Shown piece by piece: positions 33,216-44,058 of a stretch of 64,000 nucleotides of DNA (position 1 is the stretch's first letter; the number at the start of each line of letters is the position of its first letter). The position numbers and the translations under genes are program-made. The notes beneath the pieces were generated by a model. The model was not told where the DNA came from. It made no database searches and saw nothing but the letters and a program-made list of their open reading frames with translations. The DNA is from an uncultured delta proteobacterium (GTDB taxonomy: Bacteria > Desulfobacterota > Syntrophorhabdia > Syntrophorhabdales > WCHB1-27), in NCBI GenBank assembly GCA_963821605.1, contig CAWGEZ010000060.1, positions 9,915 to 73,914 on the forward strand. Reading direction: 5' to 3'.

Positions 33216-35071
33216 ATGAGGAAAGATCAATCTGAGGCTTTGAGGGCCGCAGCAACAAGAAATCCGAACCAGGACGGAAACGGGATGCACTCCGCGAGCG
33301 GGCTGAAAAGGTGCTTTCTGGAAAGCGCAGCCCAATGGCGCGACAGGACGCCCAGAGGGTACTCCACGAGCTTGAGGTGCACCAGATCGAACTCGAAATA
33401 CAGAACGAGGCGTTGCGTGAGGCGCAGGAGACGGCCAGCCAGGCAGAAGGCAGGTATGCCGATCTCTACGATTTTGCCCCGATCGCCTATTTCACGTTCG
33501 ACCGGAACGGGCTTATCAAAGAGGCCAACCTCACCGGCGTCAGCCTGCTTGGCCACGAGCGGAGCCATTTGATCGGCAAACCGTTCGCGGTCTTTGTCAC
33601 TCCTGCATTTATAAACACGTTCTTCCTCCACAGGCAGACGCTCTTCAAAACAGGCGCCAAGCGCACGGACGAACTGCAGCTCGTAAGGAAGGACGGCAGC
33701 ATCTTTTATGCATCGATGACGAGCGTGCCGGTACGGGATGCCGAGGGGAACGTCACGGAATGCAGGTCGGTTGTTACCGACGTCACCGAGCGTAAGCGTA
33801 TGGAGGAAGCCCTGCGGAAGGCGCACGATGAACTTGAACTCCGCGTGCAGGAACGCACGAGAGAACTGGAGAATGCATACCAGAGGCTGACGGAGGAGAG
33901 CAGACTGCGGGAGGGGGTCGAAGAGCAACTCCGCCAGGTTCAAAAGATGGAAGCCATCGGCACCCTCGCAGGCGGCATCGCCCACGACTTCAACAACATC
34001 CTTGCATCCATCCTGGGATTCACGGAAATGGCCGTGGAAGATGTCTCAGACCGCCCGGACGTGGAGAAAAAGCTCAAAAATGTCCTGAAATCGGCCATGA
34101 GGGCACGGGAGCTTGTGAAGCAGATCCTCGCCTTCAGTAGAAAGACCAATTATGCGAGAAGCCCCATATCTCTGTCTCCCCTTATCAAAGAAACTGTCCA
34201 GCTTTTGAGGGCGTCCATTCCTACCACCGTTGAGATCGTACTCAACATGACAGCCACATCGGATACGATCCTTGCAGTCCCCGCGGAGGTCCAACAGATA
34301 CTCATGAACCTGGGTTCCAACGCCAGTCTTGCCATGCAGGAAAAAGGAGGGACTCTCGACATCAGCCTCAACGATATCGATTTCCCTGCTGACTCCCCCG
34401 TGTTGGAGCAAAACGTGGCGCCGGGGGCGTACGTCCAGCTTGTGGTAAAAGATACCGGCGTTGGCATGATTCCTGACGTGATGAACCGGGTCTTTGAGCC
34501 CTTCTTTACAACAAGGGGGGTGGGTAAGGGCACGGGTATGGGCCTTGCTGTTGTGTATGGGATCGTGAAGAGCCTCAACGGGGCGATCACCGTGGAGAGT
34601 GAGCCGGCGGTCGGCTCCACCTTCCGTATATTCCTTCCCAAGGTGAAGACCGAGGTGAAAGCGAAGCCGGCGAAGACGGTTGCAGCCGGAGGTCATGAGA
34701 GGATACTCTTTGTTGATGATGAGGATCTTTTAGCTGAGCTGAACAGCGAGAGGCTGAAGAGTCTTGGCTATGAAGTCGTGACGACGACGAGCAGTCGGGA
34801 AGCACTTGATCTCTTCAAGGCGGAGCCGGAAAGATTCGACCTTGTCATCACGGACTACACGATGCCCCATCTGACCGGCATCGACCTTGCCAAGGAAATC
34901 CTGACTATGAGAGGGGGCATCCCGATTATTCTCTGCACAGGCCACAGCGATTCTGTTTCACCGGAGGTAGCAAAGGAAAAGGGGATTAGAGAATTCCTCA
35001 TGAAACCTCTCTCCAAGCAGGAACTGGCAGAGACGATCCGTCGCGTGCTGGGTAGCAAGACCGGAGCATGA
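33216..35071 (+). CDS. Hybrid sensor histidine kinase: coiled-coil, PAS, HisKA, HATPase and REC domains (frameshift near 33250)
   Basis: HELEVHQIELEIQNEALREAQE...YADLYDFAPIAYFTFD parallels the N-terminus of the 27545 kinase. It also has HDFNNILASILGFTE, DTGVGM, GTGMGLA and a C-terminal REC domain (ERILFVDDE...DYTMPHLTG). Confidence 0.85.
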
Positions 35072-35235
35072 CGGGCCTGTTGGGAAGCCTCCCATTTACC
35101 CAGTTCTGACACAAATCAAACAGAGAGTAAAGAGATAGCCAAGTAGTGCGATAAACATTCAGGCACTGCTTTGCGTGGGCCCCATTCCGAGGAACCACGC
35201 AAAGATTCACAGACTGAGGTATATGAGCGTCTGCT

Positions 35236-35937
35236 ATGCGATATCAACGCCTGTTCAGTGAGATTGCCGGACTCTCCGGGCTGCGCTTCGAGCATGATGT
35301 CCCCATCGAGTACTCGGACGAACGACGCCAGGGGTTGCTCATCACGGTGGATGCTGCCATTTTTCTCGACCCTTCACAGGCGGATGCGCAGTATGCGGAG
35401 GACGGGCGAGGGGTATCTGGAAGAGAGGGGCCAGTAGGGCGAGAGGAGAAGTTGTTCCGTCCAGTGGACAAATCGATAACAGATTTGCTCGGAGACTACC
35501 TTCCCGAGCAGAGAAAGGTCATCATCTATAAAAAAGTGTGTGAGTCGACGGCTGAGCTATTTGGTATCCCATACCAGGTGCTGGAATATCTGGTGGCCCT
35601 GCACGAAATCAGCCACGCCGTCACGCATCTCGGGGAAGAAGGCTTTACCGGCTCCGGGATTATCTGGGAATTTTACCCACACGCCGACCTGTGGGACAGG
35701 GAGCTCTTCGCGCAGATCTATCCGCTCTTTCACTTAGTGAAAAATAATGAGCAGGAAGCGCTCGACGCCTTCAAAGTGCTTTCACGGAATCAACTTGCCA
35801 TATATAATTCATGGCAAATCTATCAACACATTCCGCTGCGGGAGATTAACAAACTGCTGAGCCTGATAAGGCTTAAGCGTTTCTGTCTCTGGATGGACGT
35901 AGGCCCGTCAAGTCCTGACCCCGTCCCATATCCCTAA
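35236..35937 (+). CDS. Hypothetical protein with an HExxH motif
   Basis: Intact 233 aa. LHEISHAVTH could be a zinc-peptidase-like motif. No family recognised. Confidence 0.4.
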   Translation: MRYQRLFSEIAGLSGLRFEHDVPIEYSDERRQGLLITVDAAIFLDPSQADAQYAEDGRGVSGREGPVGREEKLFRPVDKSITDLLGDYLPEQRKVIIYKKVCESTAELFGIPYQVLEYLVALHEISHAVTHLGEEGFTGSGIIWEFYPHADLWDRELFAQIYPLFHLVKNNEQEALDAFKVLSRNQLAIYNSWQIYQHIPLREINKLLSLIRLKRFCLWMDVGPSSPDPVPYP

Positions 35938-36043
35938 TATCAATTCGCCTTCATTTTTGCGAGCTCATGGCGATCTGCCCCGCGTTGCGCACGGCGTGGC
36001 TGCCCATAGCCTTCTCATTCGGAATGCGTGACGATGTTTCAGG

Positions 36044-36490
36044 TCACTTGGCGACCAGGACCGGGCACTGCGCCTCTTTCACCACGTTCTTCGTGACGCT
36101 GCCGATGAGAAATCTGGCTATGCCTGTCCTTCCGAGGGGGGATATCACAACCAGGTCGATCTTTTTTTCCTGCTGCTCCTTCACTATCTCATCTGACGGG
36201 AAGCCTCTTCTGACTTCAGGTATTACCTCCACTTCCTTTGCCTCGGGAAACTTTGCCAACTGCTTCTGAAGGCTTTGTTGCGCAGCAGAGATCATTCCAC
36301 TTTCCATTTGCTGTACCATGTCGTCGCTGAAGCAGTAGTCAGAAGCACACTGGTGCATCGCCTCGTGAATAACATGAAGGAGGTAAAGCTTTGCTTTATT
36401 CTCTTTGGCAATAGCGAAAGCCTGTTTCAGCGCTTTGTCCGAATGCTCGGAGAAGTCGGTTGGTACAAGGATACTCTTCACGTTCAGCAT
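36044..36490 (-). CDS. Universal stress protein (UspA family)
   Basis: 148 aa with ILVPTDFSEHSDKAL...LYLLHV...DLVVISPLGRTGIARFLIGSVTKNVVKEAQCPVLV. Confidence 0.85.
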   Translation of the reverse strand: MLNVKSILVPTDFSEHSDKALKQAFAIAKENKAKLYLLHVIHEAMHQCASDYCFSDDMVQQMESGMISAAQQSLQKQLAKFPEAKEVEVIPEVRRGFPSDEIVKEQQEKKIDLVVISPLGRTGIARFLIGSVTKNVVKEAQCPVLVAK

Positions 36491-36570
36491 CTGCGATCCT
36501 CCTTAAGTTGGTTAAAGAGCATTTTTCTTACTAAAGATAGTGTTCGGGAGGCAGTTTGTCAATCTCGAAT

Positions 36571-36650
36571 AGCGATAGCGAAGCACCCTGTAAGGGTAGC
36601 GCTAGCGAAGCATCCCGTAGGGAAGCATCCTGTAAGGATAAGGACGCTGG
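36571..36650. repeat. Three tandem degenerate copies of the AGCGAAGCATCCTGTAAGG word
   Basis: AGCGAAGCACCCTGTAAGGG / AGCGAAGCATCCCGTAGGG / AAGCATCCTGTAAGGA, lying between the uspA start region and the TPR gene stop. Confidence 0.6.
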
Positions 36651-36661
36651 CCCGGTAGTTA

Positions 36662-37543
36662 CTAGTTCAGTATTTCCTGGCCTGACAGCCCGTGTTCCTT
36701 CAGAAAGTTGTCCGCCTTGCCATGGCCGAGGCCGGCAGCGGTCCTCATGTCTTCGACGGCCTGCCCGATATTTCCAAGCATCAGGTGCGCCATGGCCCGG
36801 TAGTAGTAGACATCCTGGTTCTGCGCGTTTAAGTCGAGAGCCGCGTCAAAATCGCGCGTCGCAAGCTGGTATTTGCCCAGCTTCGCATATGCTATACCTC
36901 TGTTGCAGTAGAGCTCGGGCAGATGAAGCGCTAGGTCGAGCGCAGCCTTGTAGTTTTCGATGGCCTCACCGTGCCTGCCGGTTCTTTGGCAGAGCACGCC
37001 GCGGTTATAATAAACGTGAGCAAAGCCCGGATCGAGTTTCAAAGCCTTGTCGTAATCCTTCAGGGCGTCCTCGAATTCGCCCAGGAGGAATCTGGCCAGG
37101 CCACGGTTGTAGTAAACCTCCGCCGTCTCCGCCTTCAGTGCGATGGCTTTGTTGAAGTCATTTATAGCCAGCCCGGGTTTATTGGCCAATCCGTATGCAC
37201 TTCCCCGGACGATATAACCTTTGGGCTCTTCCGGATGCAAGGCTATAGCCCTGTCGCACGCTCTAATGGCCTCTTCATAGTCAGCGATACAGCAGAGGGA
37301 GTATGCCCGGTCCATGTATAGCTCCTGATCCTCGACCCCCAGCTCGATTGCCCGGTCATAGTCCCGAATTGCTTCCCGGTACAGGCCGAGAAGCGCGTAC
37401 GTATCAGCCCGTTTATGGTATGCGTCTGCGTCTTCAAGTCCGGCTTCGATCGCCTGGGTATACGCGTCGAGGGCTTCCAGATATCGGCCTTCCTCTCTCA
37501 GGACACAAGCCTTTTCAAAAATATTCTGGACGGTCACGTTCAC
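36662..37543 (-). CDS. Tetratricopeptide (TPR) repeat protein
   Basis: 293 aa with about eight consecutive 34-aa TPR units (A..Y..A..L.P....Y.NRG). Confidence 0.8.
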   Translation of the reverse strand: MNVTVQNIFEKACVLREEGRYLEALDAYTQAIEAGLEDADAYHKRADTYALLGLYREAIRDYDRAIELGVEDQELYMDRAYSLCCIADYEEAIRACDRAIALHPEEPKGYIVRGSAYGLANKPGLAINDFNKAIALKAETAEVYYNRGLARFLLGEFEDALKDYDKALKLDPGFAHVYYNRGVLCQRTGRHGEAIENYKAALDLALHLPELYCNRGIAYAKLGKYQLATRDFDAALDLNAQNQDVYYYRAMAHLMLGNIGQAVEDMRTAAGLGHGKADNFLKEHGLSGQEILN

Positions 37544-37655
37544 GGTGCCTCCTGCTTATGAAGAAAGCAAGAATTGTACCACGCCCGTTCCGGGGTTTCG
37601 TTCGCGCTCGCTCCCTGAGCCTTGAAGGACCGTCTGGCTGTCTTAGGATTAATGA

Positions 37656-37973
37656 GTGAAACATGGAGCTCTTCTTGTTCTAGCGCTACTCTCCCTTGTC
37701 TCATGCTCGATTCCGGTCTTAAGAAGTGACCTTCTGGATGAGGGCATCCGTGATGTGTCAATGACCGAGCTTGCTCAGAGCCCTCAACTCTACAAGGGAA
37801 AACTTTTCATACTGGGTGGGGCAATTGTGTCCGCCAGATTGACCGAAGCGGGTTCTCGTTATCCGGCAGATACACTTGTGGGGAAAAGGTCAGACAACTC
37901 GCGTCCGTTCTTCGTGCTTGGTTCTTCGTGCCTTGTTATTAATTGCCAGACCGCTGGGAGAATAAACTTCTGA
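37656..37973 (+). pseudogene. Slp-family outer-membrane lipoprotein, truncated after about 70 codons
   Basis: It has the lipobox LLSLVSCS and the Slp-like motif LYKGKLFILGGAIVSARLTEAGS. After about 37865 the reading runs into the hairpin repeat at 37917..38020 and loses all similarity. Confidence 0.5.
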
Positions 37974-38020
37974 CCCGCGGTTCTTGCGGTTGAACCAAGA
38001 ACGAAGCACGAAGAACCAAG
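37917..38020. repeat. Long intergenic hairpin (15-bp perfect arms)
   Basis: CTTGGTTCTTCGTGC (37917-37931) pairs with GCACGAAGAACCAAG (38006-38020). The flanks repeat the same TTCTTCGTGC / GAACGAAG words. Confidence 0.65.
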
Positions 38021-38029
38021 AACGAAGCG

Positions 38030-38371
38030 CTACGTAACGTCTTCGCGCTTCGGGGGCTGTGTTTTCCTCGCCTCCTCTATCTCTGCCTCGATCTGGCGTA
38101 TTTCCGACTTTATATCCGCGATGGCTGCCATTCTCTCGGCAAGGAAAGGGGCCTCCATGGTGAGCGGCCTTGCCATCGTAAACTCCCCATAAACGTACTC
38201 GCCAATTTCAGCGTAGAGCTTTTGAACCTTCCTCTGGATCTTGATGATGTCCATCTTCCGTTTTGCGATTCTAGCCTGTTTTTCTACATTAAAGGCTATC
38301 TCACCCGCAGTCTCCTTCAGGGTTTTCAAGCCTTCCTCCGTCGTTTTCTTTATGTCGTCCATCAACGTCAT
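38030..38371 (-). CDS. Hypothetical coiled-coil protein
   Basis: Intact 113-aa ORF with charged, heptad-like sequence. No family recognised. Confidence 0.35.
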   Translation of the reverse strand: MTLMDDIKKTTEEGLKTLKETAGEIAFNVEKQARIAKRKMDIIKIQRKVQKLYAEIGEYVYGEFTMARPLTMEAPFLAERMAAIADIKSEIRQIEAEIEEARKTQPPKREDVT

Positions 38372-38390
38372 ACACCCCCCCTTAGAAACA

Positions 38391-38533
38391 GTGTATTAGT
38401 GGATAGTGTTTAGTGTGGAACAGTGTAGTGAAAAGATAAGCTCAAGGCCGAAAGCGCAGACCGCTGAACAGCGGTCCGCGTTCCTCGCGGCGTCTTGACT
38501 GTCTGTTCTCACTAAACACTATACACTAAACAC
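38391..38533. repeat. Long intergenic hairpin (33/31-bp imperfect arms of TAGTG/CACTA words, with an inner GC hairpin)
   Basis: GTGTATTAGTGGATAGTGTTTAGTGTGGAACAG pairs with CTGTTCTCACTAAACACTATACACTAAACAC. The inner hairpin is GACCGCTG-AACA-GCGGTC. Confidence 0.65.
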
Positions 38534-38590
38534 GGTTGGTCAGCACTCGATTCTTCACACAGCCCTAATTATAGTATACTATTACGATAG

Positions 38591-40726
38591 ATGGTCAGAT
38601 TCAACGACATTGTTGAAGAAATTCTTAAGTACAATCCGCAGGCTGATGTGGACTTGCTCGAACGGGCGTACGTCCTGTCCGCCAAGGTCCATAGAGGAAC
38701 GGTAAGGCTTTCCGGCGAACCCTACCTTATTCATCCCCTTGAAGTCGCTTACATGCTCACCAAGATGAATCTTGACGTTCCCAGCGTGGTATCGGGGCTT
38801 CTTCATGACACGGTGGAAGACTCCTATCTGACTAAAGAAGAAATAGAAGAATATTTCGGGTCTGAGATCGCCGGGCTTGTTGATGGTGTCACGAAAATCA
38901 GCAGGATTGAGGAGCAGAGCTCTGAAGAGTCGCGCGCTGAGACCCTCCGGAAGATGATCCTGGCGATGAGTAAGGACATACGGGTAATCCTGATAAAGCT
39001 GGCCGACCGATACCATAACATGCAGACCCTGCAGTTCCTTTCCCCGGAAAAGCAGACTGAGATAGCCCGTGAGACTCTCGATATCTACGCGCCTATAGCG
39101 CACAGGCTCGGCATCGAGTGGATCAGGGGGGACCTCGAAGACCTTGCCTTCAAGTACATCGATTCGGCTGAATACAAAACGATAAAAGAGAGCATCGCCA
39201 AAAGAAAGAAGGAGAGGGATACTTACATCACTGAGGTCAAGGAGACTCCTCAAGAACCGGCTGGCAGAGTTCAACCTGAAGGCCGAGGTATCCGGGCGGG
39301 CAAAGAGGCTATACAGCATTTACAGGAAGATGCTCCAGGAGGAGCTAGGTCTCGATGAGATTTCCGACATCACGGCGTTCCGCGTTATCGTGGGCAGCGT
39401 GAAAGAATGTTATGAAGCGCTTGGCTACATACATGCGCTCTTCAAGCCGATTCCTGGAAAATTTAAGGATTATATTGCCCTTCCCAAAGCCAATATGTAC
39501 CAGTCGCTTCACACAGCAGTCATCGGGCCGCGCGGGGAAAAGATAGAGATCCAGATACGAACCCCGGAGATGCACAAGATCGCGGAAGAGGGGATTGCGG
39601 CGCATTGGAAGTACAAGGAAGGCAGCGTCTTTAATCCCAAAGAAGATAAGATGTTCGGCTGGCTCAGAAGGGTTATCGAGTGGCAAAAGGAGCTGAAGGA
39701 TAGCAAGGAATTCCTGGAAATATTCAAGATCGACCTGTTTCCGGACGAAGTCTACGTATTCACTCCCAAGGGGGATGTCAGAGAACTGCCAAAGGGGGCA
39801 ACTCCGGTTGATTTCGCGTATGCGATTCATTCGGAGTTGGGCCAACGGTGCGTTGGCGCAAAGGTGAACGGCAAACTGGTGCCGCTTCGGACGCAGCTCC
39901 AAAGCGGCGATACCGTGGAGGTGCTCGCAAACCCCACCCATAAGCCGAGCAAGGACTGGCTGAAATTCGTTGTCACGTCAAAAGCCAAAACGAAGATCAG
40001 ACAATGGATCAAAGAGGAGCAGCGGGAAAGAAGCATTGAGTTGGGTCGGGCGCTCATCGATAAGGAACTGGCCAAGCACGGCTTGAACTTCTCAAAAATG
40101 TTGAAGTCCGGCGAACTGCAGACGCTGGCCAAGGAATTCAGCTTCGAGACGACCGATGACCTGTTTGCAGGCGTGGGTTATGGCCTGTACACAGCGCTGC
40201 AGGTGCTCGGAAAGGTCATCCCGAGCCCCAGAAAGTCAGTAAAATCAGCAAGATCATAAGCTCGATCAAGAAAGGCAGGGATGACGCGGTCAAGATCAAG
40301 GGTATTGACGGACTGGTGGTCAGGTTCGCCAGATGCTGCAACCCCATACCGGGCGATACTATTCTCGGGTTCATCTCGCGCGGAAGGGGGCTGACAGTCC
40401 ATCTTGCCGACTGCCCTAATGTGCACGCGTACGACGATCAGAGAAAGGTGGAGGTTTCATGGCAGGACAACAAGGAATACGCCTACCCGGTCAAACTGCG
40501 CGTGCATGGCGGGGACAAAAAGGGTCTGCTTTCGGAGGTTACGAACGTCATTTCTGCAGGCAAGGCGAACATCCTGAATGCCCAGGTCATGACCTATCCC
40601 GACCGGACAGCCACGAGCATCTTTGAGATTGAGATAGTCAATGCCTCGCAGCTACAGAAGATCGTCAAATCGATTCAGAAGATCAAGGAGGTGAGGTCAG
40701 TCGAAAGAATGCGGACCAATGCCTAG
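38591..40726 (+). CDS. relA: Bifunctional (p)ppGpp synthetase/hydrolase RelA/SpoT (two frameshifts, near 39241 and 40225)
   Basis: HD domain ([21 protein letters not shown]), synthetase domain ([13 protein letters not shown] in the shifted frame, IQIRTPEMH), TGS domain and a C-terminal ACT domain. The three ORFs join to about 711 aa. Confidence 0.9.
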
Positions 40727-40914
40727 CTTGCTTTGGTGATGAGCCCTTTCTTGATGCACTTCGTGCATACCCGCGCCTTCATCGTCGAGCCATCTTTGAC
40801 AATTCTCACGCTCTGTAGATTGGGCAACCACTGCCGCTTGGTCTTGTTGTTTGCGTGGCTTACGTTATTGCCTACCTGCTTTCCCTTCCCGCATATATCA
40901 CACACCCGCGCCAT
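40723..40914 (-). CDS. rpmB: 50S ribosomal protein L28
   Basis: The internal start gives [34 protein letters not shown] (63 aa). The upstream part of the listed ORF is not coding. Confidence 0.9.
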   Translation of the reverse strand: MARVCDICGKGKQVGNNVSHANNKTKRQWLPNLQSVRIVKDGSTMKARVCTKCIKKGLITKAS

Positions 40915-41120
40915 AATAATCTCCCGTACTTGATTGCTGCGTGATGCGCCTGAATGAGCGCTCCATGAGCAGTATGAAGGCATAAGTCTACTCGGTAATC
41001 TGATCTATGTCAATAGCTTTGAGGGGTCGGCCGCGGGGCGAACCCTGCACGTTTGATCCGTGCAGGACCTCGAAAATGCGCATATTGGCTCGCGACCCCA
41101 AGCGCACGGCACGGGGTGTT

Positions 41121-41199
41121 TGTGATAATATGCACAATATTCTATTGACAAAGCGCTTGAATTGCAATACAACTTTACCTAATTGTGACGTCGGTAACA
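41121..41199 (+). promoter_or_regulatory. acs upstream region with a sigma70-like promoter flanked by two CRP/FNR-type half-palindromes
   Basis: TGTGATAATATGCACA (41121-41136); TTGACA (41145-41150), 17 nt, then TACAAC (41168-41173); TGTGACGTCGGTAACA (41184-41199). These were compared only with the TGTGA-N6-TCACA consensus. Confidence 0.3.
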
Positions 41200-41237
41200 A
41201 TATCCTTGGAATTAAATACAACCATGAGGAGGCAGGT

Positions 41238-43223
41238 ATGGCAGAGGAAAAAACGATTACCAGCATGAGTACGGAAACGCGGACCTTTCCGCCGAGCGCG
41301 GAATTCGTGGCGCAGGCCTACGTTAAGAGCAGGGCTGAGTACGAGAAACTCTACAAGCAATCGATGGACGACCCTGCGGGGTTCTGGGGTGGAATCGCGT
41401 CAGAGCTGCACTGGTTCAAGAAGTGGGACAAGGTGAACGAAGAAGACTTTGCGAATGCAAACATCAAATGGTTCATCAATGGCAAGACGAATATTGCTTA
41501 CAACTGTCTTGACTACCAGATCGAGAAGGGAAGGGGCGACAAGGTAGCCATCATCTTCCAGGGCGAGCCGGATGAAGATGCGAAGAAATACACATACAAG
41601 GACATGCTGAGAGAGGTCTCCAAGTTTGCCAACGTGCTGAAGAAAAAGGGCGTAAAGAAAGGTGACAGGGTCGCCATATACCTGCCCATGATCGCTGAGT
41701 TGTCCATCGCCATGCTTGCCTGCGCAAGGATCGGCGCAGTCCACACAATCGTATTCGGCGGGTTCTCCGCAGAAGCCTTGAGAGACAGGATAATCGATGC
41801 AGGAGCACACGTTCTGGTCACGGCCAACGGCTACTGGAGATCAAGCAAACAGGTAAGCTCGAAGGCATCCGCAGACACGGCCATGGACCTCTGCGAAAAG
41901 GCAGGGCATAAGGTTGACACGGCCATCGTGGTCAAGAGGCTCGATAAATTTGACGTGCCCATGAAGGCCGGAAGAGACACGTGGTGGAACGATGAAATGG
42001 CCGCCCCGGACATCACCGACAAGTGTCCGGCGGAGCAGATGGATGCTGAGGATCCCCTCTTCATCCTCTATACGTCAGGATCGACCGGTAAGCCGAAAGG
42101 CGTTATGCATACGATCGGCGGCTACATGGTCTATACGTACATTACATTCAAATGGATCTTTGATTACAAGGAAAAGGAAGTCTTCTGGTGCACCGCTGAC
42201 ATCGGCTGGGTAACCGGACACTCTTACATTGTTTACGGTCCTCTCGCCAACGGCGCCACATCGATTATCTTCGAGAGCGTTCCTACCTTTCCGCAGCCTG
42301 ACAGGTTCTGGCAGATCGTCGAGAAGTTCAAGGTTAATATTTTCTATACAGCCCCGACAGCCATCAGGGCCATCATGAGGGAGGGTGATGAGTGGCCGAA
42401 AAAGAGAGACCTTTCCTCACTGAGAGTTCTCGGGTCCGTGGGTGAGCCGATTAACCCCGAAGCATGGATCTGGTATCACAAGTTTATTGGTAATGAACGG
42501 TGCCCGATCGTGGATACATGGTGGCAGACGGAAACGGGCGGCATTCTGATTACTCCGCTTCCCGGCGCATGGTTCACGAAGCCCGGCTCAGCAACACTGC
42601 CCTTCCCGGGCGTTGCAGCAGAGTGCATAAGACAGGATGGAACGCCGTGCGCTGTCAATGAGGGCGGCTACCTGGTAATAAAGAGATCGTGGCCGGGTAT
42701 CATGAGAAGCGTGTACGGCGAGCCGGAGAGATTCAAACAGACGTACTTTGTGCAGTATCCCGGCGTCTACTTCACCGGTGATGGCGCCAGAAAAGACGAA
42801 GACGGCTACTTCTGGCTCATGGGACGCGTTGATGATGTTGTTAATGTATCCGGCCACCGGATTGGCACTGCCGAGGTGGAGAGTGCGCTTGTGTCACACA
42901 AGTCAGTTGCAGAGGCGGCTGTCGTGGGATTCCCGCACGACATAAAAGGCGAGGATCTTTACGCATTTGTCATCTTGAAAGCCGGATTCAACCCGAGCGA
43001 CGATCTCAAGAAAGAGCTCGTTGCGCACGTGAGAAAAGAGATCGGACCGATCGCCTCTCCCGGGAAGCTGCAGTTCTCACCCGGCCTGCCGAAGACGAGA
43101 TCCGGTAAGATCATGAGAAGAATCCTGAGAAAGATCGCATCCGGCGAGATCGATCAGCTTGGCGATACCACGACCCTGGCCGATCCGTCAGTTGTCGATG
43201 AGTTGGTGAAGAACAGGCTGTAA
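41238..43223 (+). CDS. acs: Acetyl-CoA synthetase (AMP-forming)
   Basis: RBS GAGGAGG is followed by ATG at 41238. The 661-aa protein carries [20 protein letters not shown] and [10 protein letters not shown]. The listed ORF start at 41007 is an upstream in-frame run. Confidence 0.95.
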   Translation: MAEEKTITSMSTETRTFPPSAEFVAQAYVKSRAEYEKLYKQSMDDPAGFWGGIASELHWFKKWDKVNEEDFANANIKWFINGKTNIAYNCLDYQIEKGRGDKVAIIFQGEPDEDAKKYTYKDMLREVSKFANVLKKKGVKKGDRVAIYLPMIAELSIAMLACARIGAVHTIVFGGFSAEALRDRIIDAGAHVLVTANGYWRSSKQVSSKASADTAMDLCEKAGHKVDTAIVVKRLDKFDVPMKAGRDTWWNDEMAAPDITDKCPAEQMDAEDPLFILYTSGSTGKPKGVMHTIGGYMVYTYITFKWIFDYKEKEVFWCTADIGWVTGHSYIVYGPLANGATSIIFESVPTFPQPDRFWQIVEKFKVNIFYTAPTAIRAIMREGDEWPKKRDLSSLRVLGSVGEPINPEAWIWYHKFIGNERCPIVDTWWQTETGGILITPLPGAWFTKPGSATLPFPGVAAECIRQDGTPCAVNEGGYLVIKRSWPGIMRSVYGEPERFKQTYFVQYPGVYFTGDGARKDEDGYFWLMGRVDDVVNVSGHRIGTAEVESALVSHKSVAEAAVVGFPHDIKGEDLYAFVILKAGFNPSDDLKKELVAHVRKEIGPIASPGKLQFSPGLPKTRSGKIMRRILRKIASGEIDQLGDTTTLADPSVVDELVKNRL

Positions 43224-43245
43224 GCCGTAAAGAACGGTTATGAAA

Positions 43246-43273
43246 AGGGGCGCCTTTCTTGGCGCCCCTTTTT
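43246..43273 (+). terminator. Rho-independent terminator of acs
   Basis: AGGGGCGCC-TTTCTT-GGCGCCCCT followed by a T-run, 23 nt after the acs stop. Confidence 0.8.
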
Positions 43274-43440
43274 GTTACGAGTTACACGTTACAGGTTGAC
43301 AATAACCTATTACAGGTTACAGGCAGCCCATGTTACGAGCAATGAATGTAACCGCGCCGAAGGCGCGCTAACCTGTAACAGGTCTTATTGTAACCCGCAA
43401 CGGCCCGGTGCAACCGGGCCTAACGCGAAGCTACGCTCCG

Positions 43441-43953
43441 CTACCCCCCATCCACCATGGACTTCTGTTTCGTATAAAACCAGCCCACCGGGTCGGAGAG
43501 ATATTCAATGGAGTCCATGATCCTGAGGTAGTGATCTCTCTCTTCGTGAGAGATCGTCAGATAAAAACGTTTTTCGTAGGAGTCCAGGGCGTGAGTTGCG
43601 AGGTTTTCGTAATACTTGACGCTCTTATCTTCGATTTCAAGGCCAAAGCGCAGGGCATTGAGGTCATTCTCGGAGGCTTGTGCCTTTTCCTGGAGAGACT
43701 CCTGAAAGACCTTTTCAAGTTTCCCTACGCCTGCTACCGTCGTGATCCATTCCTTGAGAGGCTGCTCCTTCTTCATCTGTTCGTAAATCTGGAGAATCCT
43801 GTCAATGTGAAAATCCTCCTGCCTGGCCAGTTCCTCGAATATCTTTTGCGCAAGTGCATTTTCACCGCCGGTCGCTGCTTTGAGATAAAATGCCTTGCCA
43901 TCTCTCTCCATTTGAATGGCCAACTGCAGGCTCTGCTCTTTTGTCTTATCCAT
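43441..43953 (-). CDS. Ferritin-like / rubrerythrin-family protein
   Basis: 170 aa with two E..H-type half-sites (ERDGKAFY...QEDFH and EIEDKSVKYY...HEERDH). Confidence 0.65.
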   Translation of the reverse strand: MDKTKEQSLQLAIQMERDGKAFYLKAATGGENALAQKIFEELARQEDFHIDRILQIYEQMKKEQPLKEWITTVAGVGKLEKVFQESLQEKAQASENDLNALRFGLEIEDKSVKYYENLATHALDSYEKRFYLTISHEERDHYLRIMDSIEYLSDPVGWFYTKQKSMVDGG

Positions 43954-44058
43954 GTTTACCCCCTTTAAAGAACCGTTACACGTCCTTACAGGATGCTACG
44001 CTATTACAGGTCACCCGTTAAAACCTCAATCAATAATTCAGAACGAGATGGTTCTGAT

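Noticed and set aside
36571-36650. Possible CRISPR array (tandem AGCGAAGCATCC.GTA.GG units)
   Set aside because: There are only three degenerate units. They abut one another with essentially no spacers (at most 6 nt) and have irregular length. No cas genes are present. The same word is dispersed singly elsewhere.
38582-39319. 245-aa minus-strand ORF
   Set aside because: It is antisense to the relA/spoT HD domain, has no motifs and is a mirror-frame artefact. The same reasoning applies to 39345..39941, 21101..21778 (antisense to proS), 49604..50176 (antisense to mreB), 31323..31976, 33227..33985, 34046..34696 and 41400..41810.
41007-41237. N-terminal 77-residue extension of the acs ORF
   Set aside because: It contains the promoter-like and palindromic sequences. 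A strong RBS precedes the internal ATG at 41238, which gives a canonical Acs N-terminus.
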